NCBI GenBank assembly: GCA_958295695.1
Contig: OY282363.1
Span: 1,367,403-1,431,402 of the forward strand
Reading direction: 5' to 3'
DNA from: an uncultured Alphaproteobacteria bacterium
GTDB lineage: Bacteria > Pseudomonadota > Alphaproteobacteria > SP197
DNA length: 64,000 bases
Positions 1-10,030 of this stretch are shown here, piece by piece; positions within the stretch are counted from its first letter, which is position 1; each line of letters opens with the position of its first letter. Below the pieces are notes generated by a model, which ran no database searches, was not told the origin of the DNA, and saw only the letters and a list, made by a program, of their open reading frames with translations. A program made the translations under genes and the position numbers.

Positions 1-584
1 TCGGCGGCGTCCAGGTAGGCGTTGCGCGACGACAGCGCGAGGCCGTCCGCCTCGCGCACGGTCGGGCAGGCCACGATCCGGGTCTTCAGGTCGAGGTCCG
101 AGACGAGCCGGCGGACGACGACGAGCTGCTGGTAGTCCTTCTCGCCGAAGACCGCCTCGTCGGCGCCGGTCCGCGTCAGGAGCTTGACGACGGCGGTGGC
201 CACGCCCTCGAAGAACCCCGGTCGCCGGTCGGCCTCCAGGCCCAGGGCGGGCCCCGCGAGCGAGACGGTCGTCGCGAAGCCGTCGGGATACATCGCCTCC
301 GCGTCGGGCGCGTAGAGCAGGTCGGCGCCGGCGTCGCGGAAGAGCGCGGCGTCGCGCGCCTCGTCGCGGGGATAGCGGGCGAAATCCTCGCTTGGGCCGA
401 ACTGGCGCGGATTGACGAAGAGGCTCGCCACGACCCGGTCGGCCCGGCCGCGGGCCAGCGAGACGAGCGCGAGATGGCCGCCGTGCAGCGCGCCCATGGT
501 CGGCGCCAGCGCGATGGCGTCGCCCTCGGCGCGCCAGGCGTCGAGCGTCCGTCTGAGATCGGCCACGGTGCGGACGGTGCGCAT
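1..584 (-). CDS. panC: pantoate--beta-alanine ligase (pantothenate synthetase), C-terminal part lies beyond the window edge
   Basis: Own minus-strand translation from ATG at 584..582 gives MRTVRTVADLRRTLDAWRAEGDAIALAPTMGALHGGHLALV... This carries the PanC PTMGxLHxGH motif. The ORF stays open to position 1, so it is absent from the supplied track. Confidence 0.85.
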   Translation of the reverse strand, partial: MRTVRTVADLRRTLDAWRAEGDAIALAPTMGALHGGHLALVSLARGRADRVVASLFVNPRQFGPSEDFARYPRDEARDAALFRDAGADLLYAPDAEAMYPDGFATTVSLAGPALGLEADRRPGFFEGVATAVVKLLTRTGADEAVFGEKDYQQLVVVRRLVSDLDLKTRIVACPTVREADGLALSSRNAYLDAA

Positions 585-683
585 GAGGGGTTCCCCGTCT
601 CCGCCCCGATTGTGCGGTGCAACATCGACGTTCGCAACCGCGGCGCGGCTTCCGTATGGCGGCGGACGGACGGGAGCACGGCC

Positions 684-1808
684 ATGCGGTTCGACGCCAC
701 GCTCTTCTATCGCGTCGGCGACCCCTATCCGTGGGAGACCCTGTTCGACGAGATGCACCGGACCGTGGAACTGGCGGACGAGCTGGGCTTCACCGGCCTC
801 TGGCTCGCCGAGCGCCACTTCGCTTGGGACGGCTGGTACCGCTCCGGCTCGAACCCGCTGCTGCTGGGGGCGGACCGCGCGCGCTATTCGGACCGGCCGC
901 GGTTCGGCCAGTGCGGCCTGATCGCGCCCGACTGGCATCCGATCCGGCTGGCCGAGGACATCGCGACCTTCGACCGCATGACCCGGGGCCGGGTGGACAT
1001 CGGCGTCGCGCCCGGCATCGACAGCCGGGCTTGCGGGAACTTCCACCCCACCGGCGACCGGCGCGATCCCGACCTCGACCGCGCACTCTACAACGAGAAC
1101 GTCGAGATCCTGCTCAAGGCGCTGACTCGGGAGGCGTGGAGCCACGAGGGCCGGTTCCACACCTTCCCGGCGCCGGGCTGGGCGGAAGCCAACCCCATGG
1201 CGCACGACCCGCGGTTCCACGACGAAAACGGCGAGGTCGTCAAGCTCCGGATCGAGCCCGGGCCCCACCGGAAGCCGCGCCCGCCGATGTGGTCGATGGC
1301 GAGTCGGTGGCGTCGACCGAATGGCACGCGAGGATGGGGATCGGCGCCATGCGCCAGCACCTCTCGGTGGGCCGCATCCGGCAGAACTGGGAAGCCTACG
1401 CCGCCGCCGGCGAGGCCCATGGCCGGGAGTTCGCCATCGGCGAGGACGTCGCCATCATGCGCACGATCCATCTCGCGGAGACCGACGAGGAGGCGGTCGG
1501 GGCCGCGCGTCGAGCGGCTGACCGGATGGGCCAGCGGCAACGTCTACCGCATGCGCGAGGTCCTGGCGCTCGACGAGGAGCTCGACGACGGCGACATGGC
1601 GCTCGGCGCCTTCGACTTCAACATGAAGCACGACCTCATCATCGTCGGTTCGCCCGAAACGGCGGTCCGCAAGATCGAACGCCCGCGCGACGAGCTCGGC
1701 CGCCGGCACATCGCCCTCTTCCTCAACGCGCCCGGCCTCGGCTTCGACCGGGTCCAGGCCGGCCTTCGCCTCTTCGCGGAGCGCGCGATGCCCCGGTTCG
1801 CGGACTGA
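684..1808 (+). pseudogene. LLM-class (luciferase-like) flavin-dependent oxidoreductase with two compensating frameshifts (or two assembly indels)
   Basis: The frame of ORF 474..1808 is LLM-like from ATG 684 (MRFDATLFYRVGDPYPWETLFDEMHRTVELADELGFTGLWLAERHF...). It is LLM-like again at the C-terminus (...DLIIVGSPETAVRKIE...LFAERAMPRFAD). The stretch encoded by ~1293-1525 is Arg/Ser/Pro-rich nonsense in that frame. The protein-like continuation (GESVASTEWHARMGIGAMRQHL...IMRTIHLAETDEEAVGAARRAA) lies in the frame of ORF 617..1930. Confidence 0.55.
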
Positions 1809-1879
1809 CGACGGGTCCGTCTTTGGCCGTCTCTCGATACGACAACCTCCGCTTTGACGGACGCGCCGTGGGGCTCGGG

Positions 1880-1907
1880 AAAAAAGGGGCGCGCCGAAAC
1901 GCGCCCC
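1880..1907 (-). terminator. Rho-independent terminator downstream of nrdJ
   Basis: On the minus strand: GGGGCGCG-TTTCGG-CGCGCCCC, a perfect 8-bp GC stem, followed directly by TTTTTT. It lies about 85 nt past the nrdJ stop. Confidence 0.75.
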
Positions 1908-1991
1908 AAGTCAGGGAGGACACACCATGAGCAGGGCGGCCGGCCTACGGGTGCAGGATCGGGCCGCCCGCGTCTGCAACGAGCGAGCGGG

Positions 1992-4900
1992 CTAGGAGCA
2001 CCCGCTCGTCGAGCCGCAAGTGACACACTTGAGGCACGTCCCGTTGCGGACCAGGGTGAGGTTTCCGCATTCTCCGCACGGATCTCCCTCGTAACCTTGC
2101 ATGCGCGCCGCGCGAATCCTCTCGGCGCTGGAGCCGCTCGCCGTCTCGCTCACCGGCACGGCGGCCATGGCGGCGCCCGACGCCCCGGCCACCGACACGT
2201 TGCCGAAGGACGCCTCCGGCTCGAACGTCCGCGCGGCGGAGACGGCGGAGTCCTGCGTGTCGCCTTCGAGCGCCTGGAGGCGGCCGCGGGTGTAGCCGTT
2301 GCTGGCGATGTGCCTGATGAGATGCGCGACCTCGGCCATGCCGCCTTCGTCGCCGGGGAGGTCCTCGTTGGCGTCGCCCCGGCCGACGGTATCGGGCATC
2401 AGGTCGCCCGGCTCGACATGGGCCAGATCGTCGCGCGCCAGATAGCTGATGGCGAGCTCGCGGAAGATGTAGTCGAGGATCGAGGTCGACATCTTGATCG
2501 TCTCGTTGCCCTCGACCATGCCGGAGGGCTCGAAGCGCGTGAACGTGAAGGCCTCGACGAACTCCTCGAGCGGCACGCCGTACTGCAGGCCGATCGAGAC
2601 CGCGATGGCGAAGTTGTTCATCAGGCTGCGGAAGGCCGCGCCTTCCTTGTGCATGTCGATGAAGATTTCGCCCAGGCTGCCGTCCGCGTACTCGCCGGTT
2701 TTCAGATAGACCTTGTGGCCGCCCACGATGGCCTTCTGGGTGTAGCCGCGCCGTCGGTTGTCGAGCCGCTTGCGCTCGCCCCGGTCGCCGCGATGCACGA
2801 TCCTGGTGACGATCTTCTCGGCCATGGCCTGGGCGACGGCCACGGGCGTCTCGGCCTCCTCCGGGTCGTCGGCGACCGCGTCCGGATCGACGGCCGACAG
2901 CGGCTGCGAGAGCTTGGAGCCGTCGCGGTAGAGCGCGTTCGCCTTGAGGCCGAGGCGCCAGCTCAGCTCGTAGGCCTCCCGGCACTCGGCGATCGACGCG
3001 CTGTTCGGCATGTTGACGGTCTTGGAGATCGCGCCGGAGATGAACGGCTGCGAGGCCGCCATCATCCGGATGTGGCTCCCGGTCGAAAGAAAGCGCCTGC
3101 CGACGCGGCCGCACGGGTTGGCGCAATCGAAGACCGGGAGGTGCTCGTCGCGCAGGTGCGGCGCGCCCTCGAGCGTCATGGCGCCGCAGCAGTACGTGTT
3201 CGCGGCGTCGATGTCGTCCCTGGAGAAACCCAGCGCGGCCAACATGTCGAAGGAGGGGTCGCCGAGCCGCCCGGCGTCGAGCCCCAGGGTCCCGGAGCAG
3301 AACCGCTCGCCGAGCGTCCACTTGTTGAAGACGAACTTGATGTCGAAGGCGCCGGCGAGCGCGCTCTCGACCGTCTCGAGAATCTCATCCGTGAAACCCT
3401 TGGCGGCCAGGGCGTCGTGGTTCACGCCGGGCGCGTCCCCGAGCGTGCCGCGGCCGACCGCGTACGAGACGATCTCCTCGATCTGGGGCGGGCCGTAACC
3501 CAGGGTGCGGAGCGCCACGGGCACGGTGCGGTTGATGATCTTGAAATAGCCGCCGCCGGCGAGCTTCTTGAACTTCACCAACGCGAAATCGGGCTCGATC
3601 CCCGTGGTGTCGCAATCCATGACCAGACCGATCGTGCCGGTGGGCGCGATGACGGTCGCCTGGGCGTTGCGGTAGCCGCATCTCTCGCCCAGTTCGACCG
3701 CGCGGTCCCAGGCCCGGACCGCGGCCTCGCCCATGGCGGGGTCTGGCAGCGCGTCGTGGTCGATCGCCACCGGCATCACCGACAGGCCCTCGTAGTTGTC
3801 CTGCCCTCCGATCGCGGCCTGGCGATGGTTGCGCATGACGCGAAGCATCGCGTCGCGGTTCTCCCCGAAACGCGGGAAAGCGCCCAGCTCGCTCGCGATC
3901 TCGGCGCTGGTGGCGTAGGCCGCGCCGGTCATGATGGCGCTGATCGCGCCGCAGATCGCGCGGCCCTCGGCGGAATCGTAGGGGTGGCCCGCGGCCATCA
4001 GGAGTCCGCCGAGATTGGCGAAGCCCAGGCCCAGGGTGCGGAAATCGTAGGAGCGCTGGGCGATCTCCCTGGACGGGAACTGGGCCATGGCCACGGAGAT
4101 CTCGAGCGCCAGCGTCCAGAGCCGCACGGCGTGCTCGAACGACGGGATGTCGAAACGGCCGTCCCCGGCGCGGAACTTCAGCAGGTTGAGCGAGGCCAGA
4201 TTGCACGCCGTGTCGTCGAGGAACATGTATTCCGAGCACGGGTTCGAGGCGTTGATGCGGCCGGAGTTCGGGCAGGTGTGCCACTCGTTGATGGTGGTGT
4301 CGTACTGGATGCCGGGATCGGCCGAGGCCCATGCGGCATAGGCGATCCGGTTCCACAGGTCGCGGGCCCCGAGCGACTTCGAGACCTTGCCGTCGGTCCG
4401 GTGGATGAGCCGCCATTCGCCATTCTTCTCGACCGCGGCGAGGAACTCGTTCGTCACGCGCACCGTGTTGTTGGCGTTCTGGCCCGAGACCGTGCGGTAG
4501 GCGTCGGAATCCCAGTCGGTGTCGAAGGTCGGGAAGGAGATGCCGGTGAAGCCTTCCCTGGCGAGCTGCAGCACGCGCTGGATGTAGGCCTCGGGCACCA
4601 TGGCGCGGCGGGCGAGAAGGACCGCCTTCCCGAGCGCGCCGTTGGTCCTGGGGTCGAAGCGCTCGCGCTCGTGCCGGTCGCCCTCGTGGCAGGCTTCCAT
4701 CACCTCGTTGAGGTGCTTCTCGCAGAGCCTGGAGCCCGCGACGAGCGCGGCGACCTTCTGCTCCTCGAGCATCTTCCAGGAGATGAAGTTCTCGACATCG
4801 GGATGATCGATGTCGACCACGACCATCTTGGCGGCGCGACGGGTGGTGCCGCCCGACTTGATCGAGCCCGCGGCCCGGTCGCCGACCTTGAGGAAGCTCA

Positions 4901-5639
4901 TCAGGCCGGACGACTTGCCGCCGCCCGAGAGCGCCTCGCCCTCGCCCCGCAGCCGGGAGAAGTTGGATCCGGTGCCCGAGCCGTACTTGAACAGGCGCGC
5001 CTCGCGCACCCAGAGATCCATGATGCCCTTCTCGTTCACGAGATCGTCGTCGACGCTCTGGATGAAGCAGGCGTGCGGTTGGGGATGCTCGTAGGCGTTG
5101 GTCGAGCGGGTCAGCCCGCCGGTCTCGTGATCGACGTAGTGGTGGCCCTGGGCGGGGCCCGCCACGCCGTAGGCCCAATGAAGGCCCGTGTTGAACCACT
5201 GCGGCGAATTGGGCGCGCCGGCCTGGGAGGCCAGCATGTGGCGCATCTCGTCGTAGAACGCGCGGGCGTCCGCCTCCCGGTCGAAATAGCCGCCCTTCCA
5301 GCCCCAGTAGGCCCAGGTGCCCGCGAGGCGGTCGAACACCTGACGGCTGTCGCGCTCGCCTGTCGTCCCGGCGCCCTCGGCGGCCTCGCGGCGCCACAGC
5401 CATCGCGGAACGTTCTCTTCCCCGACGGAGACCCGCTCCAGGGGGACGCCGGCCCTGCGGAAGTACTTCTGCGCGATCACGTCGCAGGCGACCTGCGACC
5501 AGGACGCCGGAACGTCGATATCCTCCTGCCGGAACACCACCGAACCGTCGGGATTGCGGATCTCGCTCGTCGCCTTGCGAAACTCGATGCCGTCGTAGGC
5601 GTCCCGCCCCTCGGCGGTGAAAAAACGCGCGATCCGCAT
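1992..5639 (-). CDS. nrdJ: vitamin B12-dependent (class II) ribonucleoside-diphosphate reductase
   Basis: In ORF 1992..5777, the internal ATG at 5639 gives [61 protein letters not shown]... The product is ~1215 aa. The C-terminal Cys cluster [28 protein letters not shown] is typical of long alphaproteobacterial NrdJ. Confidence 0.95.
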   Translation of the reverse strand: MRIARFFTAEGRDAYDGIEFRKATSEIRNPDGSVVFRQEDIDVPASWSQVACDVIAQKYFRRAGVPLERVSVGEENVPRWLWRREAAEGAGTTGERDSRQVFDRLAGTWAYWGWKGGYFDREADARAFYDEMRHMLASQAGAPNSPQWFNTGLHWAYGVAGPAQGHHYVDHETGGLTRSTNAYEHPQPHACFIQSVDDDLVNEKGIMDLWVREARLFKYGSGTGSNFSRLRGEGEALSGGGKSSGLMSFLKVGDRAAGSIKSGGTTRRAAKMVVVDIDHPDVENFISWKMLEEQKVAALVAGSRLCEKHLNEVMEACHEGDRHERERFDPRTNGALGKAVLLARRAMVPEAYIQRVLQLAREGFTGISFPTFDTDWDSDAYRTVSGQNANNTVRVTNEFLAAVEKNGEWRLIHRTDGKVSKSLGARDLWNRIAYAAWASADPGIQYDTTINEWHTCPNSGRINASNPCSEYMFLDDTACNLASLNLLKFRAGDGRFDIPSFEHAVRLWTLALEISVAMAQFPSREIAQRSYDFRTLGLGFANLGGLLMAAGHPYDSAEGRAICGAISAIMTGAAYATSAEIASELGAFPRFGENRDAMLRVMRNHRQAAIGGQDNYEGLSVMPVAIDHDALPDPAMGEAAVRAWDRAVELGERCGYRNAQATVIAPTGTIGLVMDCDTTGIEPDFALVKFKKLAGGGYFKIINRTVPVALRTLGYGPPQIEEIVSYAVGRGTLGDAPGVNHDALAAKGFTDEILETVESALAGAFDIKFVFNKWTLGERFCSGTLGLDAGRLGDPSFDMLAALGFSRDDIDAANTYCCGAMTLEGAPHLRDEHLPVFDCANPCGRVGRRFLSTGSHIRMMAASQPFISGAISKTVNMPNSASIAECREAYELSWRLGLKANALYRDGSKLSQPLSAVDPDAVADDPEEAETPVAVAQAMAEKIVTRIVHRGDRGERKRLDNRRRGYTQKAIVGGHKVYLKTGEYADGSLGEIFIDMHKEGAAFRSLMNNFAIAVSIGLQYGVPLEEFVEAFTFTRFEPSGMVEGNETIKMSTSILDYIFRELAISYLARDDLAHVEPGDLMPDTVGRGDANEDLPGDEGGMAEVAHLIRHIASNGYTRGRLQALEGDTQDSAVSAARTFEPEASFGNVSVAGASGAAMAAVPVSETASGSSAERIRAARMQGYEGDPCGECGNLTLVRNGTCLKCVTCGSTSGCS

Positions 5640-5820
5640 AGCCCCCTGAACCCCATCTCGCTTCCAACGGTCCCGAACCCGAGCCGCTCGCGTCTCGACC
5701 CGGAGAGCGGTGGGGAATCGGTTCCGCCCCGAAAGGGGCCACGAAGCTCCCAGATATCGCGTTCGACGCCGACCCAACCCGCTACTGGTTGCGATCGTGA
5801 CGACCGGTGGGTCGGGGTGT

Positions 5821-5867
5821 CAAGCAGATTTTGTGGGGGCGCTGCCCACCCATACAAGATGATGTGT
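5821..5867 (-). promoter_or_regulatory. candidate tandem NrdR boxes overlapping a TTGACA -35 element in the nrdJ leader
   Basis: Minus strand reads ACACATCATCTTGTAT (5867..5852) and CCACAAAATCTGCTTG (5836..5821). They match the recalled NrdR-box consensus acaCwAtATaTwGtgt at 12/16 and ~9/16 positions. Box starts are 31 nt apart, the usual NrdR spacing. TTGACA follows box 2. Confidence 0.35.
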
Positions 5868-6163
5868 CCCCGTAACAGTTTCATAACGTTCGGCCCGGTT
5901 CGGGGACCGGTTGTGGATGGAAGGGAGAAAGGCCAGTCTCATGAGGGAGTTAGGAAGCATCGATGCGGGGTTTCGTTCGCCCGGGGAAGCCGGCGGGACC
6001 TTTGTCGCCGGGCGGCTTGCGCGGCCTCGACTCGGCCCCGCCGCGACCTGTAGAAGGGCCGGAACCTCCGTTCCGATGACGGGCCTCCACCGCGTCGGGG
6101 CTGGACGTCCCGGCCGGCGCGGCGGCAGTATGCGCCACCGATTCTGACGCAACGACCGCGCGG

Positions 6164-6532
6164 GTGACCATGGCGACGCTCGGGACCAGGCTCTACACTT
6201 GGCTGAGGGGCGAATCCGTCGGCGAGGACGAGTTCGGCAACCGCTATTACCGGGACAGGGGCGTGGCCGAGGGCCGCCGCCGCCGGCGCTGGGTGCTCTA
6301 CAAGGGCAGGCCGGAGGCCTCGAAGGTCCCCCCGGATTGGCGCGCCTGGCTCCACCGCACGATCGACGAGCCGCCGAGCTGGAGCCCGCTGCCCGCCAAG
6401 GACTGGGAGAAGCCCCATCTGCCCAACCTGACCGGCACCAGGGCGGCCTATCTGCCCCGCGGTCACGTCCTGCGGGGCGGCGAGCGCGCCGTGGCGACGG
6501 GCGATTACGAGGCGTGGCGGCCCGACGGCTGA
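6164..6532 (+). CDS. NADH:ubiquinone oxidoreductase subunit NDUFA12-family protein
   Basis: 122 aa. TRLYTWLRGESVGEDEFGNRYYRD...RRWVLYKG..EASKVPPDWRAWLHRTIDEPP is the characteristic NDUFA12/B17.2-like pattern. Confidence 0.85.
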   Translation: MTMATLGTRLYTWLRGESVGEDEFGNRYYRDRGVAEGRRRRRWVLYKGRPEASKVPPDWRAWLHRTIDEPPSWSPLPAKDWEKPHLPNLTGTRAAYLPRGHVLRGGERAVATGDYEAWRPDG

Positions 6533-6543
6533 GCGGAGTGGCG

Positions 6544-6990
6544 ATGGGAACGAGATCACTCGAGACGCTGGTGGGCGCGGCCGTCCTGGTCGTGGCCGCG
6601 TTTTTCTTCGTCTTCGCTTACGAGACGGCCGATGTCGCCGACATCGCGGGTTATTCCGTGCAGGCGGAGTTCAACTCCGTCGGCGGGCTCGAGACCGGCG
6701 ATGACGTCCGGATCGCCGGGATCAAGGTCGGAACGGTGACGGCCCTGGAGCTCGATCCCGAGTGGTACGTGGCCCTGGTCACGATGACGATCGACCCCGA
6801 CATCTCCCTTTCGAAGGACTCGTTCGTCACCGTTTCCACGGAAAACCTCCTGGGAGGAAGCTACATCTCCATCCGTCCGGGCGGCGGCGAGGAAGCGGGC
6901 GAGGGGTATGTGTTCACCCGGACGCAAGGCTCCATCGATCTGATGGAGGTCATCTCGCGCTGGCTCTTCGGCGGGGCCGCCGGACAGTGA
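6544..6990 (+). CDS. mlaD: outer-membrane lipid asymmetry maintenance protein MlaD
   Basis: ATG at 6544 within ORF 6199..6990. It gives MGTRSLETLVGAAVLVVAAFFFVFAY (N-terminal TM) followed by an MCE domain (...YSVQAEFNSVGGLETGDDVRIAGIKVGTVTALELDP...). Confidence 0.8.
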   Translation: MGTRSLETLVGAAVLVVAAFFFVFAYETADVADIAGYSVQAEFNSVGGLETGDDVRIAGIKVGTVTALELDPEWYVALVTMTIDPDISLSKDSFVTVSTENLLGGSYISIRPGGGEEAGEGYVFTRTQGSIDLMEVISRWLFGGAAGQ

Positions 6991-7038
6991 CCGCCGCGGG
7001 GCCTTGAGAATGCCGCAAAGCGACGGCACATAGGCCCC

Positions 7039-7260
7039 ATGAGCGATCGAGCCTCCTATCTGCCGGATGTCTGGCTCGGACCCGACGGCGAGCCGGTCTC
7101 CTGCATCGACAAGCTGAACCTGCTCCAGGAAAACCTCGAGGAGCTGCGCGAGATGGCGCAGGAGGCCTTGGAGGACGCCGTCGTCATGGGCTGCGACGAG
7201 GTCCAGGCCCGCAAGGCGCTGAGCGATCTGGTCGCCTCGCTGGGCAAGCCCTTCGCGTGA
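7039..7260 (+). CDS. small conserved hypothetical protein (73 aa, acidic, helical)
   Basis: The ORF has protein-like composition. Its stop overlaps the GTG start of the next gene (GTGA), which suggests translational coupling. No family recognised. Confidence 0.55.
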   Translation: MSDRASYLPDVWLGPDGEPVSCIDKLNLLQENLEELREMAQEALEDAVVMGCDEVQARKALSDLVASLGKPFA

Positions 7261-7652
7261 TCCGCGTTCCAACCTTCGCGCTTGCCCTTCTGCTCGCGCC
7301 CGGCCTCTGCGCGGCGCAGCAGACCTTCGAGCCCCACGCCTTCGCCGTGCTCGGCGGGATGGACAAGGTCACGGGCCGCATCTCGACCTTCGATCTGCCG
7401 GTCGGGGTGACGGGCGCTTTCGGCGCCCTCGAGGTCACGCCCAGGACCTGCCGGAAGACCCCGCCGCACGAGACGCCCGAGAGCGCCGCGTTCCTGCAGA
7501 TCCGGGACTACCTGTCGGGCGAGGGCGTCACCGTGTTCTCGGGCTGGATGTTCGCCTCGACGCCGGGCGTCTCGGCGCTCGAGCATCCAGTCTACGACAT
7601 CTGGGTCATCGACTGCACGAACTCGGTCTCGCCGCCCTCGGGCAGCGAGTAG
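7257..7652 (+). CDS. DUF2155 domain-containing secreted protein
   Basis: GTG start and signal peptide [21 protein letters not shown]. The pattern ...[19 protein letters not shown]...[24 protein letters not shown]...[11 protein letters not shown] is typical of DUF2155. This family is often linked to NDUFA12-family and aat genes. Confidence 0.75.
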   Translation: MIRVPTFALALLLAPGLCAAQQTFEPHAFAVLGGMDKVTGRISTFDLPVGVTGAFGALEVTPRTCRKTPPHETPESAAFLQIRDYLSGEGVTVFSGWMFASTPGVSALEHPVYDIWVIDCTNSVSPPSGSE

Positions 7653-8239
7653 AAGTCCGCTTCCGCCGCCAGCGCCTCGGCCAGGAGGCCGCGGTAGGCC
7701 GCGCGCGGGATCTCGGCCGCGCCGAAGCGGCTCAGGTGGCCGGTGACGAACTGGATGTCGAGAAGCCTGAAACGCCCGAGGATCAGGCGCGCCACCAAGT
7801 GGACCAGCGCGACCTTGCTGGCGTCGGCCGCGCGCGAGAACATGCTCTCGCCGAAGAAGGCCCCGGCGAGCCTCACGCCGTAGAGGCCGCCGACGAGCCG
7901 GCCGTCGGCCCAGCACTCCACGCTGTGGGCGTGGCCGACCCGATGGAGCCGCGTGTAGGCCCGTTCGATCCCGCGGTTGATCCAGGTGTTCTCGCGGCCC
8001 GGCGAGGCCCGCGCGCAGGCCGCGACCACGTCCGGAAACGCCCGGTCGACCGTCACGGCGAACGGAGCCCGCTTCAGGGTCTTCCTCAGGCTGCGGGGGA
8101 TGTGAAAGCCGTCCAGGGGAACGATCCCCCGGAGATCCGGATCGACCCAGAATATCTTGGCCGCGTTCCGGCTGTCGGCCATGGGAAATACCCCAATGGC
8201 ATAGGCCCTCAGGAGCAGATCGGGCGTCAGCTCCGTCAT
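7592..8239 (-). CDS. aat: leucyl/phenylalanyl-tRNA--protein transferase
   Basis: 215 aa. [23 protein letters not shown]...[28 protein letters not shown]...[19 protein letters not shown]...[16 protein letters not shown]. Confidence 0.9.
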   Translation of the reverse strand: MTELTPDLLLRAYAIGVFPMADSRNAAKIFWVDPDLRGIVPLDGFHIPRSLRKTLKRAPFAVTVDRAFPDVVAACARASPGRENTWINRGIERAYTRLHRVGHAHSVECWADGRLVGGLYGVRLAGAFFGESMFSRAADASKVALVHLVARLILGRFRLLDIQFVTGHLSRFGAAEIPRAAYRGLLAEALAAEADFYSLPEGGETEFVQSMTQMS

Positions 8240-8245
8240 TGCCGC

Positions 8246-9589
8246 TCAGTCTCCCGCGTCGAGCAACCTCTCGAGCCACGTCACGTCGTAGTCGCCATTG
8301 GCGAAGTCCCGGTTGGCGATGAGCGCCTGATGGAGCGGGATGGTGGTGTCGATGCCGTCGATCACGAACTCCTCGAGCGCCCGGCGCAGGCGCATCATGC
8401 ATTCGTTGCGGTTCCTGCCGTGCACGACCAGCTTGGCGATCAGGCTGTCGTAGCAGGGCGGCACGTCGTAGCCGGCGTAGAGCGCGGAATCGACCCGCAC
8501 GCTCATGCCGCCCGGCGCGTGGTAGGCGCCGACGCGACCCGGAGAGGGCGAGAACGTCGTCGGGTTCTCGGCGGCGACGCGGCACTCGATGGCGTGCCCG
8601 TTGAACGCGACGTCCGCCTGGCCGAACGACAGCGGCGCTCCGGTGGCCAGCCGTATCTGCTCGCGCACGAGATCGATCCCCGTGGTCATTTCGGTGACGG
8701 GATGCTCGACCTGCAGGCGCGTGTTCATCTCGATGAAGTAGAACTCGCCGTCCTCGTAGAGGAACTCGACCGTGCCGACGTTGCTGTAGCCGAGCCTCTT
8801 CACGGCGTCGGCCACCCGGCTCCCGATCTCGGCGCGCTGGCCGGCGTTGAGCGCGGGGCTCGGCGCCTCCTCGACCACCTTCTGGCGGCGCCGCTGGACG
8901 GAGCAGTCGCGTTCCCCCAGATGGACCGCGTGACCGTGCGCGTCGCCCGCCGTCTGGATCTCGATGTGGCGCGGCCGCTCGAGGAACTTCTCGACATAGA
9001 GCGAGCCGTCGCCGAATCCGGCCTCGGCCTCCCTCCGCGCGCGGGTGAAGGCGTCCCGGATCCCGGCCTCGTCGCGCGCCAGGGCGATGCCGCGCCCACC
9101 GCCGCCCGCCGCCGCCTTGAGCAGCACGGGATATCCGACCTCCCGGGCGACGGCCCCGGCCTCGCCGGCGTCCGGGACCTCGCCGTCGGAACCCGGCACG
9201 ACGGGAAGGCCCAGTTCGCGCGCCTTGCCGCGGGCCGCGAGCTTGTCGCCCATCAGGCGGATGTGCTCGCTCCTCGGCCCGATGAAGGCGACGCCGTGCT
9301 CCTCGACGATCTCGGCGAAGCGGGCGTTTTCCGAGAGGAAGCCGTAGCCCGGATGGATCGCCTCGGCGCCGGTGATCTCGGCGGCCGAGACGATCGCGGG
9401 AATGTTGAGATAGCTTTCGCGGGCCGGCGCGGGGCCGATGCAGACGCTCTCGTCGGCCAGCCGGACGTGCATGGCGTTGGCGTCGGCCTCGGAATGGACC
9501 GCCACGGTGCGGATGCCCATCTCGCGGCAGGCGCGGTGGATCCGCAGCGCGATCTCGCCCCGGTTCGCGATGAGCACCTTGTCGAACAT
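8246..9589 (-). CDS. accC: acetyl-CoA carboxylase biotin carboxylase subunit
   Basis: 447 aa. MFDKVLIANRGEIALRIHRACREMGIRTVAVHSEAD...EMNTRLQVEHPVTE. Confidence 0.95.
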   Translation of the reverse strand: MFDKVLIANRGEIALRIHRACREMGIRTVAVHSEADANAMHVRLADESVCIGPAPARESYLNIPAIVSAAEITGAEAIHPGYGFLSENARFAEIVEEHGVAFIGPRSEHIRLMGDKLAARGKARELGLPVVPGSDGEVPDAGEAGAVAREVGYPVLLKAAAGGGGRGIALARDEAGIRDAFTRARREAEAGFGDGSLYVEKFLERPRHIEIQTAGDAHGHAVHLGERDCSVQRRRQKVVEEAPSPALNAGQRAEIGSRVADAVKRLGYSNVGTVEFLYEDGEFYFIEMNTRLQVEHPVTEMTTGIDLVREQIRLATGAPLSFGQADVAFNGHAIECRVAAENPTTFSPSPGRVGAYHAPGGMSVRVDSALYAGYDVPPCYDSLIAKLVVHGRNRNECMMRLRRALEEFVIDGIDTTIPLHQALIANRDFANGDYDVTWLERLLDAGD

Positions 9590-9595
9590 GACCGG

Positions 9596-10030
9596 CTAGT
9601 CGATCACCATGAGAACCTGACCGAACTCGACCGGGCCGCCGCTCTCCACCAGCACGCGCGCCACCGCGCCGTCGCGGGGCGCGCGGATCGGGTTCATCAC
9701 TTTCATGGCTTCGATGATGAGCAGCGTATCGCCCTCGCTCACCGCGTCTCCGACCTTCACGAACGGTGGGGAGCCGGGCTCCGGCGAGAGGTAGACCGTG
9801 CCCACCATGGGCGACGCGACCGCGCCGGGATGGCCGACGTCGGCCGGCCCGGACGCCGCCGGCGTTTCGGGCGCCGGCGCGGGGATCGAAGCGGTGGCCG
9901 CGCCCCTGCGGACGACGCGCAGCCTGCGGCCCGAATCCTCGACTTCGATCTCGACGAGACCGGTCTCGTCGAGCAGCCCGGCGAGCTCGCGGATGGCGTC
10001 GGCGTCGATGGGAAGCTTCCCGCCGCTCAT
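9596..10030 (-). CDS. accB: acetyl-CoA carboxylase biotin carboxyl carrier protein
   Basis: Internal ATG at 10030 of ORF 9596..10495 gives MSGGKLPIDADAIRELAGLLDETGLVEIEVED... It carries the biotinyl-lysine motif EAMKVMN. The start overlaps the aroQ stop (ATGA). Confidence 0.9.
   Translation of the reverse strand: MSGGKLPIDADAIRELAGLLDETGLVEIEVEDSGRRLRVVRRGAATASIPAPAPETPAASGPADVGHPGAVASPMVGTVYLSPEPGSPPFVKVGDAVSEGDTLLIIEAMKVMNPIRAPRDGAVARVLVESGGPVEFGQVLMVID

Noticed and set aside
5640-5900. Possible cobalamin riboswitch in the nrdJ leader
   Set aside because: I found no B12-box-like core (GCCACTG) on the leader strand. B12 riboswitches normally control B12-independent isozymes, not the B12-dependent NrdJ.
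1854-6053. 1399-aa plus-strand ORF covering the whole nrdJ region
   Set aside because: It is antisense to an unambiguous NrdJ reading frame. Its translation is Arg/Gly/Ala/Asp/Val-rich low-complexity sequence, typical of stop-free shadow frames in GC-rich DNA. It contains no recognisable motif.
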